Shown here one piece after another: positions 7,582 through 17,242 of a DNA stretch of 25,575 nucleotides. A model generated the notes under the pieces. The model worked only from the letters and a program-made list of their open reading frames with translations, was not told the DNA's origin and ran no database searches. Origin of the DNA: Candidatus Bathyarchaeota archaeon (GTDB lineage Archaea; Thermoproteota; Bathyarchaeia; 40CM-2-53-6; RBG-13-38-9); the NCBI GenBank assembly GCA_023144075.1, contig JAGLGJ010000001.1:1-25575 (forward strand), in the 5' to 3' direction. Numbering within the stretch: position 1 is the stretch's first letter; every line of letters starts with the position of its first letter. The position numbers and the translations under genes were made by a program.

Positions 7582-8601
7582 TTAGAGAATACCTGTATCG
7601 AGTAGGTTTTCCCATTCCATTTTTCCTATAGCGACAAGAATCTCTTTTGGCAATAGAATTGAGTTATTGAATTTTGCCGCATCATCAATAGCAAGTCTAG
7701 GACAGGCAGTATTGACGAAGATATCTACTTCTTGAAAGTTACTCAGAGAGTCAGGTGAGATTTCATCTGCGGATATCATAGTTACGTCTTTTTCCTTTCG
7801 TGAAATCTCTTTCTTAAGCATCTCTGCTGTTTTAGGATCATATTGTCCGACTTTTGTACTAAGCAATATTGCAAAGTTATTTGATTTCTTTGCTTTTTCA
7901 ATAGCTGTGTATCGACTAACAATGAGTGATTTTCTAATATCTTTCAGGTTGATTACCTCGTTTGTATAGGGATCTGCTTGTATGATTGGTTTATTGACAG
8001 CTAAACAAGCGCCCAAACTATGAAATTTACTTCCAATAATAAAGAAGCAATCAACATAATTGGATATCTTCTTCAGTGGAGTGTAATCACATCCAATTAT
8101 TTGTCCTGAATAATAACTGTGCCCTTCCTTGGGAGTGATTATTGCATTGAGTCCTAAATTTTTTAGATGTTTTTCTACAATTGTTAATTCATCTATATGT
8201 TGAATAGTTGTAGCGATTCCAATATCATGTCCAATTAGCTTATTCTCTGCTTTTTTGAGAACAGAATTCAAATCGAGAAATGACTTTGCTGAAAGAAATA
8301 TTGTAGGGATTTCAAGTTCGGATCGGAATGGCGTATGACCATAATGGACTATTAAATCTACATTCAGAATTCTTGCCTGATTTATTGCTATGTCGCACCC
8401 ACCATAACAAGGACTTGCAGATAAGAACACCTTTGTTTTTGTATTCTTTTCAATGGTAGTAGCAAGAGTGAATGCTTGCGGTTTGAGTCCATCAGGGATC
8501 TGAATTAAAATTCGTTTCGCATTACATCTGTTTATCTCTTTTAGTACTCTATCAAGTTCAAAATTATAAGATAAAGTCAATACTAGGCACTTCAGCCTCA
8601 A
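7582..8601 (-). CDS. dph2: Diphthamide biosynthesis enzyme Dph2
   Basis: LIQIPDGLK, PCYGGCD, VHYGHT, GQIIGCD and NTACPRLAIDD; the three Fe-S Cys are present. Alternative TTG start at 8580. Confidence 0.94.
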   Translation of the reverse strand: MRLKCLVLTLSYNFELDRVLKEINRCNAKRILIQIPDGLKPQAFTLATTIEKNTKTKVFLSASPCYGGCDIAINQARILNVDLIVHYGHTPFRSELEIPTIFLSAKSFLDLNSVLKKAENKLIGHDIGIATTIQHIDELTIVEKHLKNLGLNAIITPKEGHSYYSGQIIGCDYTPLKKISNYVDCFFIIGSKFHSLGACLAVNKPIIQADPYTNEVINLKDIRKSLIVSRYTAIEKAKKSNNFAILLSTKVGQYDPKTAEMLKKEISRKEKDVTMISADEISPDSLSNFQEVDIFVNTACPRLAIDDAAKFNNSILLPKEILVAIGKMEWENLLDTGIL

Positions 8602-8653
8602 GTCTAGTTAATTTAACATCAGAACAATAAAAATGTATTATGTATCGTTAAAA

Positions 8654-9175
8654 TCAAGCTTCTATTTGTTTAGGAGCCTCATTAATTCTCTCAACAGTAA
8701 TACTGCATGTCATTGGCAGTTTTTTTGAGCAGGCTGTCAAAGCTTTTTTCGCGAGTTGTAGAGAGCTTTCATTCACGAAGACATCTATCAATTCTTGGTT
8801 CTGTTTGATTCTTGCACCTCGGCTTGTAGGTTTTCCAAACGCTCTTCTCATGCCTTCTTGAAGCCTATCAGCACCCGCAGTTGCGATCATTTTGTTCTCT
8901 CTGAGTATAACATGGGGATAGACTCTGATACGCATTAGATAACCCGTGTCTCCAAGTTTATCTGATAAGACTTTGTTTGCTGAAATTCTGGCAGCTTCTA
9001 AAGCATTATGACGCACTTGAATCTTCATCTGAGAAATCAGTGTTATCTTGTAATCATAATTTACTTTTGTGTCACCCATACTGAATTTCACAATTTTTGA
9101 AACTGGGTTGCCATGAATGTATTTAGCTCTTGTGTATACATTTGCCTTGCTTATACGATAATTTTTACCCTTCAT
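8654..9175 (-). CDS. rpl10e: Ribosomal protein L10e (uL16)
   Basis: RHNALEAARISANK...RVYPHVILRENKM..AGADRLQEGMRRAFGKP. Confidence 0.97.
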   Translation of the reverse strand: MKGKNYRISKANVYTRAKYIHGNPVSKIVKFSMGDTKVNYDYKITLISQMKIQVRHNALEAARISANKVLSDKLGDTGYLMRIRVYPHVILRENKMIATAGADRLQEGMRRAFGKPTSRGARIKQNQELIDVFVNESSLQLAKKALTACSKKLPMTCSITVERINEAPKQIEA

Positions 9176-9212
9176 GTTGGGTCGCCGTTTGCAAAGAATG
9201 AATGGTCAGTAT

Positions 9213-9225
9213 TATTTAAACATCC
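9213..9225 (-). promoter_or_regulatory. Putative TATA-box region upstream of rpl10e (GGATGTTTAAATA)
   Basis: TTTAAATA about 38 nt upstream of the ATG; the identical 13-mer occurs upstream of htpX. Confidence 0.5.
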
Positions 9226-9260
9226 GTGCTGGTCATCAAGTCCTCTTATTAAGGTCTTAG

Positions 9261-9986
9261 TTAGTGGTTATCTATTCTCTCTATAGCTCTTCTAAATACT
9301 CCAGTCATCAAACTTGCTTCTCTTGTGGAGATTAAGCCACGCGAAATCACATTAGAGAATGCTGTCCTCGCAAGTGGTATTTTATAGGCTGGTATACATA
9401 CTTTCTTTGATAGGTCTTCGAATTTATGGATAAGTCTTAACCTAGTTTCTTTGTCAGCTCGCTCAAAATAACTCATGCTCATGTTTTGTGCAGTTCTAAG
9501 TTCATATAGTGTTATTGAAACTGCTGTTGCGATATTCAGAGTTTTGTACTCACTATTTGTCGGAATTGTCATTACAAATTCGCATCTTGTGATCTCTTTA
9601 TTGGTTAATCCTCTACTTTCTCTACCAAATATTATTGCGATTTTTCCCTCAATGATTTTCACTCTTTCAGCAAGCTCTCTAAGAGTCAATGATTTTCTGT
9701 TTAGATTTGACGGTTTTTTCCCGATTATAGCTGTAGTTGCAACAGAGTAGTCACAATTTCTCAGTGGGCGGTCTAGATTCTGCACTATTCTTGCTTTTAC
9801 CAACAGTTCTTGAGCATGGCTTGCTAATGCTCTTGCTTCTGGTCCAAGTCTGGTTTTTGGGTTGACTAACCAGAGATTCTTGTATCCAAAATTTTTCATA
9901 ATTCTTGCAATAAGACCTATATTGCCTTCATGTTCCGGTTCTACGAGGACTATGTGAATCTCCAAAGTATTATCACGGAACGACAC
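9261..9986 (-). CDS. trmJ: TrmJ/LasT-family SPOUT tRNA methyltransferase
   Basis: IVLVEPEHEGNIGLIARIMKNFG, IIFGRESRGLTNKEI and YKTLNIATAV. Confidence 0.88.
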   Translation of the reverse strand: MSFRDNTLEIHIVLVEPEHEGNIGLIARIMKNFGYKNLWLVNPKTRLGPEARALASHAQELLVKARIVQNLDRPLRNCDYSVATTAIIGKKPSNLNRKSLTLRELAERVKIIEGKIAIIFGRESRGLTNKEITRCEFVMTIPTNSEYKTLNIATAVSITLYELRTAQNMSMSYFERADKETRLRLIHKFEDLSKKVCIPAYKIPLARTAFSNVISRGLISTREASLMTGVFRRAIERIDNH

Positions 9987-9995
9987 TATGATTTG

Positions 9996-10793
9996 TTATA
10001 GAACTTTAACTTTGATGAGATTTTTGGTCAACTGCTCAAAATCCTCCACGGTCATCTGATATACTCTTTTATCAGGGATTTCTATATTCAAAATTTCCAT
10101 TGGAAAGTAAGGAATTTCCTTATCGATATAATGCTTGAGAGAACTTCGAAGTTTTCTTCTTCTTTGAGTAAATAATCCTCGCACAAGATCTGAGAAGAGT
10201 TTCTCGTCGACTGTCTCATTGTATTCCTTTGGTATAATCTTGACTATCACGGAATCAACCTTAGGCTGGGGTCTGAAAGACTTCTTAGGAATGTTCTCTA
10301 ATAATTTTGGTTTCGTTTTACGGTTGATCATGACCGTCAATCTCCCATAATTCTTTGTCCCAGGTTTCGAAACTAATCTATCGGCAAATTCTTTCTGAAA
10401 TGTTAGGACGATAACTCGATAGCTTCTTTGGATGAGTTGGAATAGTAGTTTTGAGGATATATTGTATGGTGGGGTTGCTACAACTTTATCATATTCTGGT
10501 AATGTTTGATCTAAAACATCCCCCATGATTATCTCAACTTTAGGATTTGTTTTGAATTTTTCTTGAAGAAACTCAGCTAAAACTGGGTCTTTTTCTATGG
10601 CAATGACTCTTCGAGCCTTTGCTTGGATAATTTGTGTCAGTGCTCCAAAACCAGGTCCGATTTCTAGCACGATTTCTGTAGGTAATATTTCTGCATGGAA
10701 TACAATTTTCTTTAATAATCTACTGTCTATGAGAAAATTTTGGCCAAGTCTTTTTTTTGGAACGAATGAGTAATGGGTTCCTCTTTTGTCCAT
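9996..10793 (-). CDS. rsmA: 16S rRNA adenine dimethyltransferase KsgA/RsmA
   Basis: KKRLGQNFLID, VLEIGPGFGALT, PYNISS, QKEFADRL, YGRLTV and FRPQPKVDS. Confidence 0.95.
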   Translation of the reverse strand: MDKRGTHYSFVPKKRLGQNFLIDSRLLKKIVFHAEILPTEIVLEIGPGFGALTQIIQAKARRVIAIEKDPVLAEFLQEKFKTNPKVEIIMGDVLDQTLPEYDKVVATPPYNISSKLLFQLIQRSYRVIVLTFQKEFADRLVSKPGTKNYGRLTVMINRKTKPKLLENIPKKSFRPQPKVDSVIVKIIPKEYNETVDEKLFSDLVRGLFTQRRRKLRSSLKHYIDKEIPYFPMEILNIEIPDKRVYQMTVEDFEQLTKNLIKVKVL

Positions 10794-11428
10794 CAGGTTG
10801 CCCTTATAAAAAGTCTGTACTTTGATTCGCCTGTCAATTCTTCTATTATTCTTCGAACTATGATCTTTACAGGGTCAGATATTCCAGTTCTAGATTTAAT
10901 GTCAGTGAAGTTTTCAAATGGTTTACTCTCTCTAGTATTGATGATCTGCCACATTGATTTTTTTCCTATCCCTGGCAGGAGCTCAAGAGAATGCATTCTA
11001 GGTGTTATTGGTTGCGTCTTGTTAAAAAACTCTACAAAGTTATTTTCTCTCTTCTTAATAAGTTCTTCAAGTATAACTGGAAGCTCAACCTTGGCCGTAG
11101 CTGTCAATTCGTCGTAGTTAATCCTTCCGACGATTCTTTCAACTTTATCACGTTTATCTTTTCCAACATATAATTTCTCATGTAGAGTTACAGTTGCTCC
11201 AAATTTAAGCTCTAGGTCAAGTAATGTATAATGCTCTTCTCCAACGACTTGAACTGTCGGTGCAGCAATGTGTCTTTGGCGGTCATACGTATGTTTCCCA
11301 GTTGGAAGAAAGTCAAGCACGTAAGCATTTTCTTCGTACATTCGAGCACGATCTAAAGTCTCATAATTAGATCGCCTATGTTGCAGTTCTCTACCTCCAT
11401 ATCTTTTGGTAGGAATTGACATCCTCAT
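10793..11428 (-). CDS. DUF655 family protein (putative RNA-binding)
   Basis: EENAYVLDFLP...QVVGEEHYTLL...LTATA..EL...RMHSLELLPGIGKK...F..F.DI. ATG at 11428 follows CAGGAG. TGATG overlap with ksgA. Confidence 0.9.
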   Translation of the reverse strand: MRMSIPTKRYGGRELQHRRSNYETLDRARMYEENAYVLDFLPTGKHTYDRQRHIAAPTVQVVGEEHYTLLDLELKFGATVTLHEKLYVGKDKRDKVERIVGRINYDELTATAKVELPVILEELIKKRENNFVEFFNKTQPITPRMHSLELLPGIGKKSMWQIINTRESKPFENFTDIKSRTGISDPVKIIVRRIIEELTGESKYRLFIRAT

Positions 11429-11641
11429 TGTCTCCTGTAGATGAGCTAGTAGAAATATTTCAAGAACTAAAGCATAGAATATTGAATTCATTACTTATAG
11501 GAATCTGTTCGATGTACGAGGATGCTTTCAAAAGTTATACTTCCAGAATTAAGATTACATATTCATCCAAGAAAAGGTTTTCCTTACTATTAACAAGACT
11601 AAGTGAATTGGTCATAGAGTATCTTCAAATTAACACTTTTC

Positions 11642-12187
11642 TTATGAATTACGATGATTTTTTGAACTGCCAATTTTTCTATATTTTTTCATAACTTTTC
11701 TCTTGAGTTCAGTTCCGCATACTTCACATAGACGTCTTGTGTAGCTATGAACATATCTCCGGAAACATGCTGGACAATATATGGACCAGTTAAATTCGTA
11801 AGTGATACCAAAAGTTGCAAGAAAAGTGTAGTTTATGCCAAGATGTTCCGCTACATTTTGTATGGCATAATCATCACTAACTATAGTTGGGTTCATTCCT
11901 TTTAATCTCAGGTCCAGACCTAAAGCAAGAATCTGCAGGTCAGCTTTAGATAGGGATAACCTTTCCCCTAGTTTGAGAGAGGCCTTCCTAACCATATCGT
12001 TCGAAGTTTGTCTGGGTGATTGCACTAATAGAATACTGCTATCTCTAGATGTGGCGAAACGCAAGGCTGCCATGCTATCGGAGGGTAATTCTAACTCGAC
12101 TTCTGGTACGGAGTAAACATCTCCTTTAATTATTGATGGATTAACGCCCATGACTAGAGCTGAAGTGTCAAGAATATACGCTATCAT
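11642..12187 (-). CDS. nob1: Nob1 PIN-domain endonuclease (rRNA maturation)
   Basis: ILDTSA, LSKADLQILAL, VSDDYAIQNVA and Zn ribbon CPAC...CEVCG. Confidence 0.92.
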   Translation of the reverse strand: MIAYILDTSALVMGVNPSIIKGDVYSVPEVELELPSDSMAALRFATSRDSSILLVQSPRQTSNDMVRKASLKLGERLSLSKADLQILALGLDLRLKGMNPTIVSDDYAIQNVAEHLGINYTFLATFGITYEFNWSIYCPACFRRYVHSYTRRLCEVCGTELKRKVMKKYRKIGSSKNHRNS

Positions 12188-13032
12188 CCTCTCTCAGGCC
12201 CCAATTTATGACGGGTCAGGCTTCGACTCCAGAAGGAAGAGTTCAGTCTGACAAATACAGCTCTATTCTTTGATTTTCTAATAATGATGGATTCTTCGGG
12301 AGCGAGCTGTTTTGTATATCGACCGTCAACAATCAAGAGTGCTCCCATATTAGTGCCTGTCAATTTGATGCTGAGATCATCGGTGGAAGATAAGACCAAT
12401 GAACGCATATAATCTGTAGGTGAAATGAACACTACTACGAAAGCATCAAGAGACGTTTCAAGAATTGGGCCTCCAGCTGAGAAAGAATGAGCCGTCGAGC
12501 CAGTTGGGGTTGCAACTATCAAGCCGTCAGCTCTTTGTTCGATTAATTTATGCTTATTTTGCTTAAGTATAAAATTTAGCATCTTCCACGATGTTGCCGG
12601 CGTTAATAGTGCTTCATTCACACCTTCGGCAATATGTTTGTCTCTGAAATAGACAGATAACTTGTAGTGCTCCTCAAGATCATATTTTCCTTGTAGGCAC
12701 TCTTCAAGAGCTATTATTGCCTGATCGGGCTCGACTTCTGTCAAGTATCCACGTCTACCCATATTAATAGCTAATATCGGTGTCTCAGGTTTTGGAATAT
12801 TCATACTGGTTTTAAGGACTGTCCCATCTCCTCCAATTGTTATTATCAAATCGACCTCCATCTGTGATAGAGATACTCCTTGTCCAATACGATTGTTTTT
12901 GGCAAATTCAATCTCAGGAAAAGTATCAATCTTCCTTGATTTCAGATATTGACAAATTTTAATCGCGAGTTTTAAAGCATCATCACTATCGAGACGAGGA
13001 ACGATCCCAATGCTTTTAAACAAGAGTATCAC
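12184..13032 (-). CDS. nadK: NAD(+) kinase
   Basis: IGGDGTVL, INMGRRGYL, NE and ADGLIVATPTGSTAHSFSAGGP. Confidence 0.94.
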   Translation of the reverse strand: MILLFKSIGIVPRLDSDDALKLAIKICQYLKSRKIDTFPEIEFAKNNRIGQGVSLSQMEVDLIITIGGDGTVLKTSMNIPKPETPILAINMGRRGYLTEVEPDQAIIALEECLQGKYDLEEHYKLSVYFRDKHIAEGVNEALLTPATSWKMLNFILKQNKHKLIEQRADGLIVATPTGSTAHSFSAGGPILETSLDAFVVVFISPTDYMRSLVLSSTDDLSIKLTGTNMGALLIVDGRYTKQLAPEESIIIRKSKNRAVFVRLNSSFWSRSLTRHKLGPERG

Positions 13033-13149
13033 CTACTGCCTAAAGAAAAACTGAGTTATAGTTATTTTAATGATCTTATGAGGTTATAGCAGGAGGCTTC
13101 CAGTAAATCTTTTAGCTGGTATGAATGTAAAAGTCATAGTTTCGAGGAG

Positions 13150-13548
13150 ATGATGATGAGCAAACCCGTTGACTTAGGTAGCATAAAAGTAGGTCAATAC
13201 ATTCTCGTTGATGATGAACCATGTAGAGTAGTAGAATATGAGAAAAGTAAGCCAGGTAAACATGGATCTGCGAAGGCCAGAATAGTAGCTATGGGATTTT
13301 TTACTGAACAAAAAAGAAATGTAGTAAGTCCTGTTGATGCAAAAATCGAAGTTCCAATTATAGAAAAACGTACTGGCCAAATCATTACCACTATGGGCGA
13401 GAATGTTCAGATAATGGATCTAGAGAGCTATGAAACCTTTGAGATGCCTTTACCCAAAGATGATGAGCTTAGATCGAAGCTCGAAAGTGGAATAGAAGTG
13501 GAATATTGGAAGCTGTCTGGTAGATCTAAGATTATTAGGACTAAGTGA
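13150..13548 (+). CDS. eif5a: Translation factor aIF5A
   Basis: KSKPGKHGSAKARI hypusination motif. Three tandem ATGs (13150/13153/13156) follow GAGGAG. Confidence 0.97.
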   Translation: MMMSKPVDLGSIKVGQYILVDDEPCRVVEYEKSKPGKHGSAKARIVAMGFFTEQKRNVVSPVDAKIEVPIIEKRTGQIITTMGENVQIMDLESYETFEMPLPKDDELRSKLESGIEVEYWKLSGRSKIIRTK

Positions 13549-13591
13549 TTAGTTAGCCATAACGTAGGGTTACACTCAAGGTCGAGAATAG

Positions 13592-14506
13592 ATGCCCTAT
13601 GTAAAACAAATGAAGATACGTCATCGAATGCGCATCGCAGATATTGCATTTGAGATGAAGAAAGCTGGTGTTTTAGGTGCAGGAAAATTTGCTCAAGCAG
13701 CTGATATAACAAAATATATCTTTTTTAAAAAATATACATGTTTTCTCTCATTGGCTGGACCAATGGTTGCTGGTGGATTAAGGCAAATAATTCGTGACTT
13801 AGTCGATGATGATTATGTGAATGTCATCATATCAACTGGAGCCAATGTTACACATGATCTGATTGAGGCGTTAGGATATAGACATATAATTGGTACATCC
13901 AAGGCTAATGATATTAAATTAAGGAAAAGTGGTATCGGCAGAATCTATGATATCAATATAGGAATGGAAGCCTTTGAAGGATTAGAAAAATGGGTCTATC
14001 AAATTCTAAACGGATTGAATATTGAGACAAAAAAGAATTTGGCCGGATATGAGCTACTCTGGGAATTTGGAAGGAAACTGAAAGATAATAATTCAATTTT
14101 GAAAACATGCTATAAAAAAAAGGTCCCAATTATATGTCCAGGTATACAAGATTCAATGCTTGGAATGAACCTTTGGACATATAGCACATTTAACAAATTG
14201 ATGATAAATTCACTTAAAGATCTTTCAAAATTAACTGAGATCTCTCTTGAGTCAAAAAGAATTGGCGCAATAATAATTGGAGGTGGATTACCAAAACATC
14301 ATCTTCTGATGGCTAATACTATTAGAGGTGGTGTGGACGCTGCAATTCAAATAACTATGGATAGACCAGAAGCTGGTGGGTTAAGTGGGGCACCTCTCGA
14401 GGAAGCAATAAGTTGGAGAAAGATCAGAAACGAAAGAAAAGTTGCTAATTTAGTAGGCGATGCAACAATACTGTTCCCCTTAATAGTGGCCGCAGCTTTG
14501 GATTAA
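13592..14506 (+). CDS. dys: Deoxyhypusine synthase
   Basis: STGANVTHDLIEALG, GGGLPKHH, GGLSGAPLEEAISWRK and GDATILFPL; adjacent to its substrate aIF5A. Confidence 0.9.
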   Translation: MPYVKQMKIRHRMRIADIAFEMKKAGVLGAGKFAQAADITKYIFFKKYTCFLSLAGPMVAGGLRQIIRDLVDDDYVNVIISTGANVTHDLIEALGYRHIIGTSKANDIKLRKSGIGRIYDINIGMEAFEGLEKWVYQILNGLNIETKKNLAGYELLWEFGRKLKDNNSILKTCYKKKVPIICPGIQDSMLGMNLWTYSTFNKLMINSLKDLSKLTEISLESKRIGAIIIGGGLPKHHLLMANTIRGGVDAAIQITMDRPEAGGLSGAPLEEAISWRKIRNERKVANLVGDATILFPLIVAAALD

Positions 14507-14531
14507 CAAGATAGAAGTATCTTTCAAATAG

Positions 14532-15884
14532 ATGGGAAGTGAAAAATTACCATTGAGTGCACTCGAAGGTCTGGGCAAGTCACTTAGTAACTCTGTAAGA
14601 AAACTTATGCGTCTTCCGATTGTTGATGAAAAAGCTATAAAAGAATTAGTAAAAGATCTTCAACGAACACTACTTGCATCGGATGTTAATGTAGATCTTG
14701 TCCTCAATATATCAAAGAACGTTGAAGAAAGATCTATCAAAGAGACTTTACCACCGGGCATCTCGAGAAGAGAACATGTTATAAAAGTGCTTTATGAAGA
14801 GATCACAAAGTTTCTGGGCGATAAGCCAGCCAAGCTCTCTCTCGATCCACAGGAAAAACATGTAATAATGCTAGTAGGGATTCAAGGAAGTGGAAAGACA
14901 ACTGGCACAGTGAAACTTGCACGATTCTATCAGAAACGTGGCCTAAAGGTGGCTATAATCTGTACAGATACATATAGGCCAGGGGCATTTGAGCAGTTAA
15001 AGCAACTTGCTGATAAAGCGAATATAATTACTTTTGGAATGAAGAATGAGAAAAAACCTGATAAAATCGCTCAAAAAGGATTAACTGCATTGAGGCAAGA
15101 AGGCTTTGATATTATTATAGTTGATACTGCAGGACGACATAAAAATGAAAGAGATCTTATGGATGAAATGAGTAAACTCACGGACACAATAAAACCCGAC
15201 GAGGTCATTCTTGTAATAGATGGAACGATTGGTCAACAAGCAGCGTTACAGGCCTCAGCATTCAAACAAGCTACTCAGATGGGATCAATATATGTAACGA
15301 AGCTAGATGGTTCAGCCAAAGGAGGCGGTGCTCTATCGGCTGTCGCTGCCATAGACTCAAAGATAAAATTCATTGGTACTGGAGAGAAGATCGATGATAT
15401 TGAACAATTCATACCGGCTAATTTTGTTAGCAGACTTATGGGTATGGGTGACATACAAACTCTTATTGAACGTGTAAAAGAAGCAGAGCTTACTATTCCA
15501 AAAGGTAAAACTAAAAATATTCTCCACGGAAGATTCACACTCAGAGACATGTACGAACAAATGGAAGTCATAAGAAAGATGGGACCATTACAAAAGATAT
15601 GGAGTATGGTACCTGGAGGCTCCAATATGCCTGACAATATGTTTGACATTGCCGAAAACAAAATGGACTCATGGCGATTTATCATTCAATCAATGTGCAA
15701 GAACGAAATAGAAAATCCAAAAATCATGGATTCATCAAGAATTAGACGGATTGCCAGGGGTTCTGGAAGAAGTGAAAAAGATGTAAAAGAACTTTTCAGC
15801 CAATATGGGTCTATGAGGAAAATGATGAAATCAATGAAAAGGCAGAAATCCAAATTTATGAGGCGATTACCCGTACAGTCATGA
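14532..15884 (+). CDS. srp54: Signal recognition particle 54 kDa protein
   Basis: [22 protein letters not shown] and [11 protein letters not shown] motifs, plus an M-domain with [11 protein letters not shown]. Confidence 0.97.
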   Translation: MGSEKLPLSALEGLGKSLSNSVRKLMRLPIVDEKAIKELVKDLQRTLLASDVNVDLVLNISKNVEERSIKETLPPGISRREHVIKVLYEEITKFLGDKPAKLSLDPQEKHVIMLVGIQGSGKTTGTVKLARFYQKRGLKVAIICTDTYRPGAFEQLKQLADKANIITFGMKNEKKPDKIAQKGLTALRQEGFDIIIVDTAGRHKNERDLMDEMSKLTDTIKPDEVILVIDGTIGQQAALQASAFKQATQMGSIYVTKLDGSAKGGGALSAVAAIDSKIKFIGTGEKIDDIEQFIPANFVSRLMGMGDIQTLIERVKEAELTIPKGKTKNILHGRFTLRDMYEQMEVIRKMGPLQKIWSMVPGGSNMPDNMFDIAENKMDSWRFIIQSMCKNEIENPKIMDSSRIRRIARGSGRSEKDVKELFSQYGSMRKMMKSMKRQKSKFMRRLPVQS

Positions 15885-15909
15885 AGCAATATTGAAATCA
15901 TAAGAATTG

Positions 15910-15917
15910 TTTATAAG
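15910..15917 (+). promoter_or_regulatory. Putative TATA box upstream of rpl21e-rpoF
   Basis: TTTATAAG in the srp54-rpl21e gap. Confidence 0.35.
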
Positions 15918-15979
15918 TTGAATAAATAGAAGTGGATGAAACTCCTCGATCTAAAGTAAATAGGCGAGATGATCTGCAA

Positions 15980-16276
15980 ATGGTAAGAAAATCTAAAGGA
16001 TATCGTGCAGCTACTAGGGCATTATTCAGGAAGAAGCCTCGCCAAAGAGGTAAGATTGGTTTGAGTAGACTCCTTCAATCATATCAAGTTGGAGATCGTG
16101 TAGTCATAAAAATTGAACCTAGCGTCCACAAAGGTATGCCGCATAAAAGATATCATGGAAAAGTAGGCGTTGTTAAAGAACGTAGGGGTAGAAGCTATAT
16201 GATATCAGTTTCAGCTGGTAAAAAAGAAAAGAGTGTAATTGCACGTCCTGAGCATATAGTGTTATTTAAGGGATGA
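15980..16276 (+). CDS. rpl21e: Ribosomal protein L21e
   Basis: MVRKSKGYR..TR..F.K...GDRVVIKIEPSVHKGMPHKRYHGKVG...RPEH. ATG at 15980 preferred over the GTG at 15932. Confidence 0.96.
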   Translation: MVRKSKGYRAATRALFRKKPRQRGKIGLSRLLQSYQVGDRVVIKIEPSVHKGMPHKRYHGKVGVVKERRGRSYMISVSAGKKEKSVIARPEHIVLFKG

Positions 16277-16281
16277 AGCTT

Positions 16282-16620
16282 ATGCCAAGAAAAGTTCTTG
16301 AAAAAAATGAAACCACGATAGCAGAAGCTGGAAAGATACTTGGTCGGGTTAAAGAGGATGAGATGGGGGAATTTCAACGCAGAGTCTTAGAATACACACA
16401 AAAATTTACGAGAATATCGGCAGATAAGGCAAAAAAACTTACTAAAGAGTTGAACTCAAATTTCGAAATTGAGAGAAAAGAAGCTGTACAAGTTGTGAAT
16501 TGCATGCCTGAGACTATTGGAGAGCTAAGGTCTACTTTATCTACCAAGGGGAAAATCCTTTCTACTGAGCAGCTTGAGGCGATGCTCAAGATCATTGATA
16601 AGTTTAGGGAAAAAAAATAG
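16282..16620 (+). CDS. rpoF: RNA polymerase subunit F (Rpo4)
   Basis: TIAEA..IL...FQRRVLEY..KF...A.KL..EL...AVQVVNCMPETIGELR. Follows rpl21e; alternative ATG at 16273. Confidence 0.92.
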   Translation: MPRKVLEKNETTIAEAGKILGRVKEDEMGEFQRRVLEYTQKFTRISADKAKKLTKELNSNFEIERKEAVQVVNCMPETIGELRSTLSTKGKILSTEQLEAMLKIIDKFREKK

Positions 16621-16657
16621 ACGATAAGATTCATATCAATTTATCATCTTACTGAAT

Positions 16658-17206
16658 TTATTCAGGGAGTAGATTTCGTATCATTTCAATTCCGTAATAT
16701 CCACCATAAGCGAAAGCAACTAGCATTACTGTCTTACCAATTATTGAAGCGGCAAGGGCTTTCTTTTTTGGATATTTCATCATACCTAAAGGAATCCATA
16801 TTATATCATCTGGCGAGAATGGTGTTACTGCAAAAAGAAAAATTAGTATGGTGCCATATTTTTCAACTCTAGGCTTCCAAGTGTCGATTCGCTTTCGATA
16901 TTTTTCAGAAATCACATATCTTCCACCCTCACCAATGTAGTAATGGGTGTATTGACCAATTCCAGCACCAATACCCGCTAGTATACCTAGGAAAAGTGGG
17001 TTAAGACCAAGAGCTGGGTCACTCAACAGAAATACGATGATCTGAGGTGGAAAGATCGATATCATAAGAGAACTTGTTCCTATAAATCCAGAGATTAAGG
17101 CTCCAGCATATCCTAGACTCAGTACAAATGAATAAAGACCATGAACACCCACCACTGCAAGTATTGCTGAAATAGTTATTATTATTGTTGCTATGGCAAT
17201 TACCAC
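16658..17206 (-). CDS. DedA/VTT-domain (SNARE-associated) membrane protein
   Basis: Multiple hydrophobic segments, GIGAGIGQ...YYIG..GR and LFAVTPFSPDDIIWIPLG. True start may lie further upstream (see findings). Confidence 0.82.
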   Translation of the reverse strand: MVIAIATIIITISAILAVVGVHGLYSFVLSLGYAGALISGFIGTSSLMISIFPPQIIVFLLSDPALGLNPLFLGILAGIGAGIGQYTHYYIGEGGRYVISEKYRKRIDTWKPRVEKYGTILIFLFAVTPFSPDDIIWIPLGMMKYPKKKALAASIIGKTVMLVAFAYGGYYGIEMIRNLLPE

Positions 17207-17242
17207 TAGTTTGTTCAGAGTCTTTCGCCTACGTGAAAGCTT

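Noticed and set aside
9204-9242. C/D-box-like pair on the minus strand (TTGATGA ... CTGA) in the trmJ-rpl10e gap
   Set aside because: Only 23 nt lie between the boxes, with no C'/D' pair and a 2-bp terminal stem. The interior is the probable rpl10e TATA box.
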